Positions 25,381 through 38,084 of a stretch of 46,776 bases of DNA are shown piece after piece. Source of the DNA: Octopus bimaculoides (Eukaryota). Numbering within the stretch: the stretch's first letter is position 1; every line of letters starts with the position of its first letter. The notes below the pieces were generated by a model. It made no database searches. It had not been told where the DNA came from and saw only the letters and a program-made list of their open reading frames with translations. The DNA lies in NCBI RefSeq assembly GCF_001194135.2, contig NC_068981.1, forward strand, positions 26,078,728 to 26,125,503, written 5' to 3'. The position numbers were made by a program, and so were the translations under genes.

Positions 25381-25607
25381 TTCTTTGCTTTCTTCTTTCT
25401 TATGTGTGTCTCACCTTGCTAACTTATCAGCCATTTACATAATTCGTGTAACACCCCCAATCTAGTACAGTGTAAACTTCATCACAGTTTGATTTAAACT
25501 CATCGATCGAGGAATCTCTAAACAGCATCAAGGCGTTTTAATGTTTTATAATATTGTCTTCATAGGCCACGCTTCTTAATAAATTATCAAACTGAATTTA
25601 AGAATTC

Positions 25608-26034
25608 TATGTGAGCGCTATCTTCAGCACCAACAAAAATGCTTGTATGTGTTTGCGGACTTCAAAACGGTATTTGACAGGGTATAGCATGCAGCAGTCT
25701 GGTCAACCATGAGGCTATATAACATCAACAAAACAGCTAGAGCGGTTTACCTGAACGGCAGCTTTGGCGAGTGGCCCAAAACAACAGTTGGTGTAAGTTG
25801 CCTGCTCTCGTCAACATCTTCCTCAAGAAGATGATGAACGATGCACTGGAAGACCACGATGGCACGATTAGCATCGGCAGTAATAACCTAACAAACCTGT
25901 GCTTTGCGGATGATATTGTCGGAGTGGCGTGTTCAGAACAAGAATTGAAACGACTAGTAGAGCGTCTAGACAATACCTCCAATGAATTTGCAATGGAGAT
26001 AAGCGTAGAGAAAACAAAAGTTATGACAAACTAA
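25608..26034 (+). mobile_element. RTE-clade LINE reverse transcriptase fragment
   Basis: ERYLQHQQKCLYVFADFKTVFDRV*HAAVWSTMRLYNI, then LVNIFLKKMMNDALEDHDGTISIGSNNLTNLCFADDIVGVACSEQELKRLVERLDNTSNEFAMEISVEKTKVMTN (RT motif FADD; RTE-type context). Confidence 0.9.
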
Positions 26035-26194
26035 CCTACGGAATCAATACTAGGAAAGGGATAATCGATTAAAAGACTTGTATGCGGCTTTACAGCATTT
26101 TCGATTGCCAGTGATTGAGACTAGTAAAATAGTAGTTTCAGATTTACTTGCATAGGGAAATCTTTTTGAAGAGGTTATGTTAGTCAACACCTTC

Positions 26195-26300
26195 GAACTC
26201 AGTACTTCTTTGGCATTTTATTTTATCAAACCTGAAATTATGAAAGGTAATACTGACCGCAGCGGGATTTGATCATTGAGCGTAAAGAGCCGGAACCAGG
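26195..26300 (-). mobile_element. SINE family A fragment
   Basis: ttattttatcaaacctgaaattatgaaaggtaatactgaccgcagcgggatttgatc follows the family A core. Confidence 0.5.
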
Positions 26301-28504
26301 AGAGTAAACAATTTTATTCAAGTTTATAATAATTTCCTTCCTCTGAAACCAGTCAAATAATTAAATAATATTAGATTTGATTGTGAAAATCTGCGTCGTT
26401 CTAATCGCAACGAAGCAGAAAGAGTTCTGTTAGTTTAACATCTTTAGTCTGTTATCAGGATAAGCTCAAAACCTTTAAGCTGTTGTTAGATGTCTCAACA
26501 TCGTTATTCTTTTGAGCTCAATATTTTTTCACCATTCTATAGAACTACAAAATTAATTTTGATCTAGTTTAAAGGAATATTTTCATGGAAAATTCATTCT
26601 CTTTTGGTGTCTATTAAGAAATAAATAAATAATTAAAAATAAAACTCATAATTCCAAATTGATTCTGAAGTGGAAATATAATAGATAATTATTTTGCGGT
26701 TTGTAAATCTTAATATGAAATTAAGCATGTTTTTAATACATTCACACAAACTTATCACTCATTAGATTTAAACACATACTTTTATGAAAAACCTTCACCC
26801 TATTCGTACAGCACTACTGGTTATAACTAAATGACATTTGGATTTTTTTTCTTTTATTTATTCAATCATACACTAAAGTATGAAGATCTTGGGCTTTTCT
26901 CTGTTTTATTAATGTTTAAAATAACAAAATATTTAAGATATATAAATAAGAAATATATAGGAAATAAGAAGCTTGATGTTTTACAATAAAGTATTATAAC
27001 CAAACTAACAATAAACAAGCTAAATATCGAACCAGAAATAGCCTTCTCGTATTTATTAAAGTAAAACTAGCACACAACGAAACAGAATGAAAACCTTTTA
27101 CAACAAACATATTAATGAAAGATTTACATAGATTTTATACCGATTAGTCACTTACAATATCGTCCCACCAGATATTTCAAGAGATGAAAGAAAGTAAAAC
27201 AAGCTCAGGTCGACCTTGCTTGGCACACTTAAAGAAAGATTATTTGAAATATGACTAATGTGCTTTTAGTTGATTAATAACTATCAATTTTGTGAACAGC
27301 AGCCTTCTTTCGCATGTGCTGTTTGATGGAATATTATAGTTGCTAGCTTGCGTATTGCATGCCATCTCATTCTATATAATCTTTTCTAAAGGAAATTATT
27401 AACTGTTCAGTGTCAGTAATATTTCGATATCATTGCCGTTGCGTCAGCCTGCTTTCGTTACTGTTGTTGCGCTTTTCATTATTATGGTTAGTGCGTTTTT
27501 GCTACGCTGTTGTTGTTGTTATTCTTGCTATTAATTATACAGTGACGAGGCTAACGTTGTGTAAGCTGATAAACTACAGAAAAGGATTATGCTGTAGCTG
27601 ACACACAATATAAAAGTGCAAGTAAAACAAATGAAAGGCAGTATATTCCTTATACATTAGGATTCTGCGTTTTATTACTGCACCGTTATAAAATATATCA
27701 AAATAGAATGCCATAATATACTCACAGGAAATAATATAACACTATCTAACAGAAACGATATGTTTAGGTAATTTGTAGCTTCCACTGCATTCAACGGCAG
27801 AGTGTGCGCACTTGAAATATGATTTTGTGTCGTCATGTTTCCCAGTGCTTGACTGTACCTGTCTCATACTCAACACTTAAATGTATATATATGTTGATGT
27901 ATAACTAAGTATGTTCAGAATAATACATATATGTGTGTGCATATATCTCTCTCTCTATCAATATCTATATATATATATATNNNNNNNNNNNNNNNNNNNN
28001 NNNNNNNNNNNNNNNNNNNNNNNNNNNNNNNNNNNNNNNNNNNNNNNNNNNNNNNNNNNNNNNNNNNNNNNNNNNNNNNNNNNNNNNNNNNNNNNNNNNN
28101 NNNNNNNNNNNNNNNNNNNNNNNNNNNNNNNNNNNNNNNNNNNNNNNNNNNNNNNNNNNNNNNNNNNNNNNNNNNNNNNNNNNNNNNNNNNNNNNNNNNN
28201 NNNNNNNNNNNNNTATCTCTCCACCATTGACCATGCTGCGCTTATCCTCGCCTGGCAAGTTGATCGCAGATCGGCTTTCTCTCTTTCCCCCGCATCCGTT
28301 TCTCACCACTCTTAATCGTACACACACACAGTATCGATCCGCATACATTCCTCTACCCCCCGCCACCACACACACTGGTTTTTGGCATTCTTCTGCCTTA
28401 AAAACTACATTCTCTATCTCTTTACAACTTCCGGTCAGTTATTTTTCAGCCATGTAACGAGACACGTGCTTTTCTTCGTTTTTTTTTAAATTTTGGAGTT
28501 GCCC

Positions 28505-28725
28505 ATATGTACATACATACATACATACATACATACATGCATGCACTTATGCATACATACATATATTCACACACAAACATAAATACACACATACACATAC
28601 ATACATAATACATACATACATACATACATACACACATACATACATACATAAATACATACATTCATACATTCATACACGCAAACACAGTCATATGCGCGCT
28701 CGTGCACACACACGAGCATGTATGT
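28505..28725. repeat. (ACAT)n / (CA)-rich compound microsatellite
   Basis: Direct reading. Confidence 0.9.
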
Positions 28726-29134
28726 ATAATATACTTATTTTTATACATAAATACGTACGAATGTAAGTACTGTTTCTCTAAGTACAATTAATCAACTGCA
28801 CAGAGAAAATTTGTAAAACTCTTTATTTTACTTTTTCCATTTGTTATTTCTCTTGTGGAGAGTTACCGGTTGAAATCACACTAAGAAACACGCATATTAT
28901 TGGTAATGAAGCGTATTTAGGAGGCATACTTCTGTACGACCGTAATTGCCATTCTGTTTCTCCACATTCATGCATTTAGGCACAGGTTACCCTATGTACA
29001 CACCAAAGAGGCCTCATAATTTTTCGTCACTTAATCAAAAGCGCCTTGCCACTCTCATCGTGACGGGTTCTAGTTGTGTAAAAGAAACGTGAATAAATCT
29101 TAAAGAAATATGTTCAATTTATAGACCGTATATG

Positions 29135-29480
29135 AAGTCTGTTTCCTTACCACATAGTTTCAGGTTCTGGCTCACTGTATGGTACCTTCACCAAGTATCG
29201 CCTGCTATAGATCAAGCCATCTAATGCCTTGTGCATCGATTGGGTAAGAGGCGGAAGCTAAAATGAAACCCCTCATACATGTATGAGCGTGGTATGCATG
29301 TATGTGTTTGCATTTATTCTTCACCAAGACTTGACAACTGGTGTCGATTTATTTATGTTTCGGCAAGAAAACTGATAAAATAAGCACCGAACTTTTAAAC
29401 AAATGTACTGGAGTGGATTTGTTCCACTAAAGCATCCGAATCAGTGCATCAACATGGCCGTAGTTTAATGATTGAAAGAG
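29135..29480 (+). mobile_element. SINE family B, old degenerate copy
   Basis: ccacatagtttcaggttc, gacttgacaactggtg, gtttcggcaag..aactgataaaataagcac and caacatggccgtagtttaatgattgaaa are colinear with 17264-17760. Confidence 0.65.
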
Positions 29481-31079
29481 GTTACAGGTTAAAAAATGAT
29501 ACATACGTACATATTCCTAAATAAATTCACATTGTTAAATTAAAATTACTTTTCACTAAATTAATATATATTATTTATCGAATGTTATAAATTTAATTAT
29601 CTGCATTTGAAGCGCAATAAATCAAAAGCGTACAACGTTTTTGTCAATTGAAAGAATGCTTCTGTACATGCCACAATCACACAAAATCGTATGCATAGTT
29701 GCACTCACTCGTAACAGAGACACAGATATACACACAACCACAAACTCAAAAACACGTTCGAAGAAGCACACATGAATTTTAATCTGCAACTTTACTTAGG
29801 TTAACGATGATATTCATTTAATATGCCCTGCTACATCACAGATGATATATTTGTAACACCACTTAAAGATAACGAGAAAAATTAAATCGTAATTCATTCA
29901 TAAGTACGAGCATATGTGTGTGCGTGTGTGTGTGTATACATGTAGCTGCACACACATACACATATACACATGTATGTGCATGTGAGTGTGCGCGTACATA
30001 TGTATATATGAATGTATGCATATATGTGTGCATTACAATTCAGCTTTACCATATCATTACTAAAATCAAGTTGTTAAAATCTTCATGTAATGGCTATGAT
30101 GAAGCGATAAGATGTTGCACTAGTAGTAATTAATGTATTTCTCTCTCTCTCGCTCTCTCTCTCTGTGTTTATATATATATATATCCTCTCTTACTATTTC
30201 CTTCTCATCCTCTACATATATATAATTAAACATACACATACATTCACATAAAGGGACTCAACAAAATATATCTAGAATTTAAAAGTGGGACTACTAATAC
30301 AATTAGCAAATTGGCAAACACAATCATACATACGAATATATATATATATAATATGCATACATGCAACCATACAGCACATACCTGTCTACAAATATACGTA
30401 TACGCACATGGGGTAGAAGAAATATAAAGAAATATATTTTTAAGTATTTCTTTTATCCGTCATAGTTTTATATTAATAACCTATTTAATGTAGAAATAGA
30501 TCAAAACAGATGCAAATTGATGATAATCTTGCTAGAAAAAAAAAGTACAAAGAATTATAACAGGAAACTTGATAATGGTTTCAACATAGATTTTCAATAA
30601 ATGCTTTATTCGATACTGTAGTCGTCATAAAAGAGCATGTATATACTAGTGACTTATTTATATTCGAGAATAAACATTTTGTCTTTTCCATATTTTAAGT
30701 CTAACAACATTTCAGAGTTGGCTAAAATGAAATTATCTAAGATTATTGCCAAAAATGTGTCGCAAAAGACATTGCTTAGTTTGAAAGTATAAAGAGAGGT
30801 AATTATATATCAGAAATCAATTTCTACGCCACTACACACGTTCTTCTTATCTACACTCTTACAGCTAGTTGTAATGGCTTAGGTACAAGGCTTCATATTT
30901 TGGTGTTTGCATACACTCACATATTCCGAATTTAGAACTTGAAATATACAGATGTGATTAATTAGCCTGACTTCCTACAAATTATACCAATTACATCAAT
31001 CGCTCTACAGAAACTTATAGATCTCTTTCCGGGGTATGTATAGTCGACAAAAGCCAGTTCTTTGACTGTGAGTCTTTGT

Positions 31080-31850
31080 ATTAGTCCCAGAAGAAGAAAA
31101 GAGTATGACGAATACTTTTGCCGCGAATAGTGTAGAAGATGCGTAATGCCGCTAGAAATGTGCTATAAAATATCCATTATAAGACTACAAGATATCCAAT
31201 AAAGAAGTATTTAGAATTTCGTAAAATGCATAGTTACAAAGTACCGACAATTCAAGTAGTGTTTCGTGTTGCCAATGAAGGCAGCGAATTATAATGAAAC
31301 ACGGGCTGAAATGATAATTCATAAAAAATAAAGAAGCAGCACCAGAATAAGTGGAAAAAGCTAAAATCTAAGCTAAATTTGGGGCTACAGAATGCCAGGT
31401 TAAATTGATTATAAAATACACCATACACAACTTGTACTTGAAAAAGAAGGATGTCAGTCAAGTAGAAATGGAAAAACTGCAACATTGTTTGACAGGAGCA
31501 TGACAAAAAGCAGAGACTGATGCATTCTTAATTGAGGCACACATCACGAAAACAAGAAAAGCAGAATTCAGTAATTAACTATGGAATATGAGATGAAGAA
31601 TAAACCATTATCTCCATTATATTAGACTATCTAGCCTTAGCCGAAAACGAGTATAAATATATATATGCATATATTTACGAAGATGAGAAAGCAAGAAAAC
31701 TCTGGATATGCAAATATGCGTAGACAGAGGATCAAGATAAACTGACCGGATATCATTGTAAAGGTCAGAAAGATAAAAGAAATGCCTCTCAGTAGATGCA
31801 TCCGTCCAAATAGATTATCATGAATATGTCAAAGAAATATACGTAATGAA
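31080..31850 (+). mobile_element. R4/Dong-like REL non-LTR retrotransposon fragment, heavily decayed
   Basis: Frames give KAETDAFLIEAH (cf. LKxETEGFLIAAQ), LAENEY (cf. LAxxEYxxRH), IN*PDIIVK (cf. ANRPDIIVK) and KCLSVDASV in the expected order. Confidence 0.6.
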
Positions 31851-31879
31851 ATTTTGAAGTATATAGTTCTTTCTTAGAA

Positions 31880-32880
31880 CGTCATCGCTCTTGTCCACCA
31901 ATTATCCTCTATAATTTCAAATACCCGGCCACCAAAGAGCTGTGAACAACTGTTGACACTGTATATGTCAGGCTTCCTATCTTTGTTTATACATGATCCA
32001 CACCTGTATCTTAGAGAGGAGCTGTGAAAACGTGATCTGAAAACGGTGACCATACCTGCTCAACATTTAGGAGAGGTCTCTACCTCGGCGTATGTCTGCG
32101 CATCATCAGTCGTGACACACTCACTCCTCCAGTAAAATTTGTGGTTTTGTGGAGTGCCGAGGAAAATCTTCATTCATCAGAAGAAATCTTATTACCCTGC
32201 CCCTTTTAGGGATATACAGATGCTAATCTTAAGGAACCTTCATTTCTTTTCAAGTCCAGTACTAACAGCTTACTTTTCAAGTCCAGTACTTACAGCTAAC
32301 ATAGGCATCCACCTCCTTGACCCAATCGACTTGGAGATGCATGCATCTCGTATACACCAAAAATGTTTATAAAGCCTTATAACTCGGAAATCCTAGACTC
32401 GCTTATGACCACAACATTTATATCTAGTGACCTAAGGTCGTCGAGCAAATGGCCTTACTTCTACGATGCACCCAGGTTTCGCGCATGTAAGGCTCCTTTT
32501 ATAAATGTCGCCGTGTCTAATGGAATGCTGCTTATTATTTGGGTGGTTATTGTTGCTTTTATTTTGCGCTCCTAGAGTTTGCTGTGATAAGGGTGGATGG
32601 ATATGGTAGCATTTCTCTCTTCTCTCTTGCCGTTAATTCTGCTAATCTCTTTGACATGTTATTGGTTCTGCTGTTGGTTTTGGTGTTGTTTGTGAAACTA
32701 TTGTTGTTGCTGCTACTTTTACAGCTGCTACTATATATATTTTTTCTCAATAATTCGCCTGTGGTATATAATGGTGGACCTTGACCACGAAACAAGGTAT
32801 TACCTTCTAGGCCCCCTTCAACCGTCTTTTCTGTGTCTTGAAAAAATGTATCTAAAATTGTTCCTTCTAAGGCTAGTAAC
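31880..32880 (-). mobile_element. Tx1/L1-type LINE fragment: probable ORF1 end plus APE endonuclease
   Basis: From ~32503 downward: IKGALHARNLGAS*K*GHLLDDLRSLDINVVVISESR, ASPSRLGQGGG, LRLASVYP, and near 31920 AGYLKL (cf. PGYWKLN). Contains a 27-bp tandem duplication at 32246-32299. The Asn-rich ORF 32559-32882 lies immediately upstream. Confidence 0.7.
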
Positions 32881-33074
32881 AAAATCAGTTAATCGGTCCC
32901 TTGCGATTCTAGTCAACTAAGAAACCCGGTGAAACAAACAAGTCAAGAAAAGCAAGTTTGCAAAAAGGGAAGCAAAGTAGAAAAACATGGAGCTTCCAAC
33001 TCACCTTCGACTTTTGTGACAAACTAAAACGGTGACAACAACAACGACACCAACAAAAGTAATCCTTTCTACAA

Positions 33075-33300
33075 AAGGCACAAGGCCTGGAATTTGGGGA
33101 GAAGGAGTGGACTAGTCGATTACATTGACCCCAGTACAATGATAATAATAATAATTAAAATTTGTTTCTAGAATGGTAATAAGATCCGAAATCACAAGAA
33201 GGAGAAACACTGATTATATCAACCAGATACGCCGAAGTGATGAAACACAAAATCGACCTCAGCAAGATTTGAAATCAGAGCCAGAAGATATAACACGACT
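33075..33300 (-). mobile_element. SINE family A in two pieces separated by (TAA)-rich sequence
   Basis: Tail/core ggcacaaggcctggaatttgggg..ctagtcgattacattgaccccagt, then gatgaaacacaaaatcgacctcagcaagatttgaaatcag. Confidence 0.6.
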
Positions 33301-33769
33301 GCTATGCATGGTTATTGATATGAATGATAAATTATAGTATCTACTATTATGTTATTTACGTTATACATAAAATTCATAATATACCATCAGATATGCCGGT
33401 ATGTTATATTATAATTGATTATATATTACTATTGTCGTCATATCATACGAGCATATACAATAAGATACATGACTTGAATTATTTATAACGGTTGTATAAT
33501 GTAAACAAACCAATATACTTTGATAGATAATATAAATTCACAGATATAATATATCTGCAATTTAATCTATGTCTTAGGTAACTTGTAGCAACAAACAAAC
33601 TATAATAAGCAATGACTCATTTGCCATCGAAAACGCTCATTGTTATGTCGGTGGGGCTATCAGAAATAGCCAAATCTTTAAGTCAAGTCATTCAGTTAAG
33701 AAAAGCGATGTGCGGATGTACTATCCGATTTGGGGGAATAGAATGATGGGTTATTAACAAATCAGCATA

Positions 33770-34010
33770 GCCACGACTCAGCCTGCAAGAAATAGAAGCC
33801 ATATCGCAACCAAATCACTCACCATACGTCTCGTCTTAAAGAAATATAGAATGGGCAGTAACTTTTGATAATGTAGTCCAAATTACATTATGGCTAGAAA
33901 GAAAATATGATAATAATAATTGGTAATGTAAGTCACGACAGGAATGGCTTTGCTAGTATTTCTGCTGGAGAGCGCCGCTGACATACTGCTAAAATAACAA
34001 CGTACTTATC
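33770..34010 (+). repeat. Degenerate interspersed repeat with a (CAA)-like tail
   Basis: gcaagaaatagaagccatatcgcaaccaaatcactcacc...gataatgtagtcc...gtcacgacaggaatggctttg...gctaaaataacaac. Recalled octopus repeat, unverified. Confidence 0.35.
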
Positions 34011-35692
34011 CTACATGACACCATTGTCTATATGGAATGTTTGATATACAAGTAAAGCCTACTTACATAACACACCTAATTTAAACGAATTCGTATCAGA
34101 ATTCGCGCAGAAAACTACGGAAGCACAAACGCTTCATCTTTGGTGCCTAAATTTTCAGTTTTATAAATTGAAAGGAGCATAAAGAAATGCATAAAAGGGG
34201 ACACACACACGCACACAGAGGTAGATAAAAGTTGCATGCTCTTTTCCAAGAGCAAATCAGGGAAGTATTTTACAAAATTACGTGACAAAACAAACATACA
34301 GAGAATAAAAGAGAAGATAAACGAACCAAATCCGATGAATAGGAAGAAACTAGACACAAAAAAAAAATAGAAAGAATAAAGGTGAGATACACAGAGTAGA
34401 TAGAGAACAATTCACCAGTTTCTATTGACCTAATTGTAATTGCATGTAGATTTCGGGAGATTTTCAGTCAAAAGCAAATAGCTATACTCACAAACAGAAA
34501 ATAAGTTATAGAATCAATGAGTCTAGTTTAAAAGATAACATGATTTATATCTGTTAGTCGTTGAAATCATGAATATTACATATATGGAAAATATCACTAG
34601 AAAAGTACCGTCAAGTTCCCTTTAAGTTTATATCATGGCCTTCGACAACTACACTGTAGGTTGTCGACTTCAGCACACCACCTCATAAAACTTTCTTGCA
34701 TGCCTTGAATTGAGATAACTCTTTCGCAAGCATTGACGTATGATGCATGTTTCTCACAACCATTTATTTTTTCCCAACAGACTTTGAGCTCTAGGACTTA
34801 GGAATATATATCACTTGCATCTATCTCACCAGTTAGATTAGGCCAACTACTGGAGAAAAGCGCCCCCCCACCACTTTTCTAAATTTATAAGTTGAGATCA
34901 TCATAATGCTCTTGATCATCTCATTATAACCAAATCTATGGGATAACTTTCATGCCTTGGTTAACTTCTTGACAATGATATAATCTTAAGAGAAAGAAAC
35001 AGAAAACCAAAAGCCACATATTACGATTTATCGTCATACGATCAAGCGACATAAAGCGCCCCGGAATATCATAAATATACAGTGCTGCAGTTATGTAACA
35101 GTCACTAAATGTTAAACAGATGCAATTGCGTTGGGAATGGCGCAACAAGAAGATGTAAGCCATCATTTTCGATAAACACAGTTGGGAATATAGCAAATCT
35201 TTGATCTTAAGAAATGTAACGTAAGGCTTTTTGATCTGCAAGTCGTATACTATATATCTTGAAATTGCCCTTAATTTAAGAGTCTTCCTCTTATATGAAT
35301 TAGGAATATTAAAGAAAGTCTCATAAAAATGTTAGAATTAATATAAGTGCAAGTTATCTTAACGATAATAACCAAAATACCAATATTTATATACAAATCT
35401 GTTATCTGTTACTTTGTATGGCTCTTCTAATATAAACTGCCGTATCGGACATGAAATTCAGTGCTATGTTATTGGAATTTGAAATAAGAAATTCGCATAA
35501 AATAAGTTAACATTTATTTCAAAAGTAACAATTGAGTGATATGGAGAGACGTGTATGAACTCAGAAAGAAAATAAAATAGCGTACAAGATAGAAAAAAAT
35601 ACGCTAAATGACACAGTTTATAGCACGCAGAAAGAAGAAAATAAACTAAAGGAAATAGAAATAAAGAACATGAAGCCAGAGAGCTTGTACAC

Positions 35693-36022
35693 CCAGCCGT
35701 AACTCGTGGACGACTATGTTTTTTGCTACATGTACCATGCTTTCGTGAATTGTTTTAGATACCTGTGGTCCAAGAAGAATACGTACCCTCGGACCGCCAA
35801 CCTCGACTAAGTGGGAAAAGAATGAACCAGCAAAATCTCTCCCATTAGATATCACATCTGTGATAGTCTGCAGTAAAGAGTACAAACCGGATGCACAGCG
35901 ATCTAGTTTATAGTTGTCACAGCTCATTACAGTTGGGTGGACTGGAACAATATCAAAGGAAATAATTTTCTCAAGGGCAAACTCTCCATCCCTACCATAG
36001 ATTACACCCACGGCGATATGAT
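35693..36022 (-). CDS. Candidate internal coding exon (330 nt, phase 1-1), possibly part of an ANF-receptor/Venus-flytrap-type extracellular domain
   Basis: cctacag acceptor at 36023-36025; 124 stop-free codons; GC above the flanks; weak TGG|gtgtac donor where the sequence turns pyrimidine/AT-rich. Reads HIAVGVIYG..YKLDRCASGLYSLLQTITDVI..RILLGPQVSKTIHESMVHVAKNIVV. Confidence 0.35.
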
Positions 36023-36594
36023 CTGTAGGTCACGCACATTTCTGAGTGAGAGTCACACGTAATATGATTTGCTTAATGCATTTTGTTTTCCATTAAGAAT
36101 TAATTAAGTATATTGCTTTATATTTTCGTTTCTAAAAGTATATTTCATACATTAATACGTGGGACAAAACGAATAGGGAAAATCTAAAGATATGGAAGAA
36201 CAAACGGGGTTAACGAAACCTCACCAATTCAAAAAAGTAAAGTAATTCTTTTATTCTGTTACTTGTTTCAGCTTTTCGAACTTGCAAACTCCACCAGCAA
36301 TTCATTGAAATAATACGTTAGAGGGGGAAATTGTTCGATCTTATATATTTAAGATAAGTCTCAAACTGAATCCGTATGACACAAAATATGGAAACGCCGG
36401 TACATCGAACTACTTGTACAATCTATCCGATACGTTTCCAGTTACAGGTACAATCCAATCACCCACATTCCTAACTCTGGGGTCAAACCCAGCGCTCAGT
36501 AAATAAAGTACAATAACTAAAGATGCGACGTAGAAACATTAAGCCCAGAATTTCAAGCTTATGATTCAAATATTAAAAAAAATTAATTCTGGCT

Positions 36595-37400
36595 GTGGCG
36601 TTGAATCAAGGACCGTTTAATCGAAATGATCAATATATATATAATATATATAAAACGCAGCAAAGTGAAGATATTTGCTGATGACTCTAAGCTCCAGAAG
36701 ATTATCAATGAAGAAGAAGATCGAACTCAATTCCAGTCTTATCTACAGGCTGTGAAGCAATGGGCAGACAAAAACAAAATGCAACTAAATTTGAACAGAT
36801 GCATTTTGGAAAAAAACACTATGCTAAAACAAACGTACTCACTTTCTTCAGGGAAGCTCTCACAGCATATAATGATATCAGAGACCTAGGAGTAATTGCT
36901 GATAACAATCTCAGTAGGAGTGCCCACATCAACAATAACGTCGATATATCTCGTGGGAAGAGCTCCTGGATCCTAAGAACCTTCCGGTCTAAAGAACGAG
37001 GCGTCATCATTCCACTATTCTGCTCCATTGTACGGCCACACCTCGAATACCGAGGCCCCCATACATAACAAGACATCTCGAAAATTGAATCACTCCAGAG
37101 GTCATTCACTATAAGAATTAAGGGGATTACTGATCGCGATTATTTGAACCGCTTTAAAGCATTGAAACACTATTCTTTCAAGCTCTGCCGTGAGCGATAT
37201 ATCATTTGCACGACTATACCATTAGCATTGCCCAAGTGACCTCAACACTAGCTTTAAAATTAATCCAAGGCTTGGAACACGAGCTATACGTCCCCTACTC
37301 AGTTCAGCATCACAACACATAAATACACTGCAGCAACCAGAAGCCCCTCTTTGTGAGTGGTTTCACAAATGAACGGAGTCCGCATCCCAATTGTTTCAGC
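36595..37400 (+). mobile_element. CR1-group LINE, RT C-terminal region, decayed
   Basis: IIYIKRSKVKIFADDSKL..QFQSYLQAVKQWADKNKMQLN; DIRDLGVIADNNLS; SWILRTFRSKE..LFCSIVRPHLEY; QDISKIESLQRSFTIRIKG; RERYII; frameshifts present. Confidence 0.9.
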
Positions 37401-38052
37401 GTATTTTATTTTGTAATAAGCTACAGAGTAACACTTATAAAAGGGGTGTAATACAGAATCTGTGAAACTATGTTTTGGCCCAATTAGATTGTTATGCATG
37501 TAGAGAGAATGAGAGATGTTGGAAGTTGAGTAAAATTTAACATGTGTTGTCAGTATGTAAACATATGTACACACACACACACATGCATGCTTGGATGCAT
37601 GTACGTATACGTACAGATATGTATGCTGTTGCTTGTATGTAGAAACTTTTATATATTTGTCTGTATGTGTTTGTCTATGTATAATTATTGTTTTCGCTTA
37701 AATTGCTTTCACTTTTATATTATATTTTGACACTTGTGTAGTAGACTCATTCTCTTAACTTTTGTCTTCATGGTGTATACATGTCTTCATGGTGTATATA
37801 TGCATTCAAATTTTCACTTCCCTTTCCTCTCTTCATTCTTATGTATAAAGTATATGTCTGTGGTTTTGTATACTTATACCGTTGCATTTTTTACATTTGT
37901 ATGTATGTATGATGTGCGCTTTCTATGATATAATGGTGTCTGCTATAATATTTAAGTATGTCTACGCATCCATATAGCTCGACATATATCTACATAGGTA
38001 TCTGTGCTTGGGTGTATGCAAACACACACACACGCGCGCATATATATATATA

Positions 38053-38084
<32 letters not shown>

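Noticed and set aside
28214-28460. Pyrimidine-rich, GC-elevated patch with an ETS-like ACTTCCGG (28427-28434) and a nearby CACGTG
   Set aside because: Short motifs alone cannot support a promoter, and there is no linked exon or TSS evidence.
34642-34680. 11-bp hairpin (34642-34667) preceded on the minus strand by CUGAAGU and followed by GAAG, hammerhead-like
   Set aside because: Two invariant core positions (A9 and A15.1) are wrong and no stem I or III forms.
34936-35241. 101-aa minus ORF with a hydrophobic, signal-peptide-like stretch
   Set aside because: No recognisable domain or convincing donor; its length is within chance expectation.
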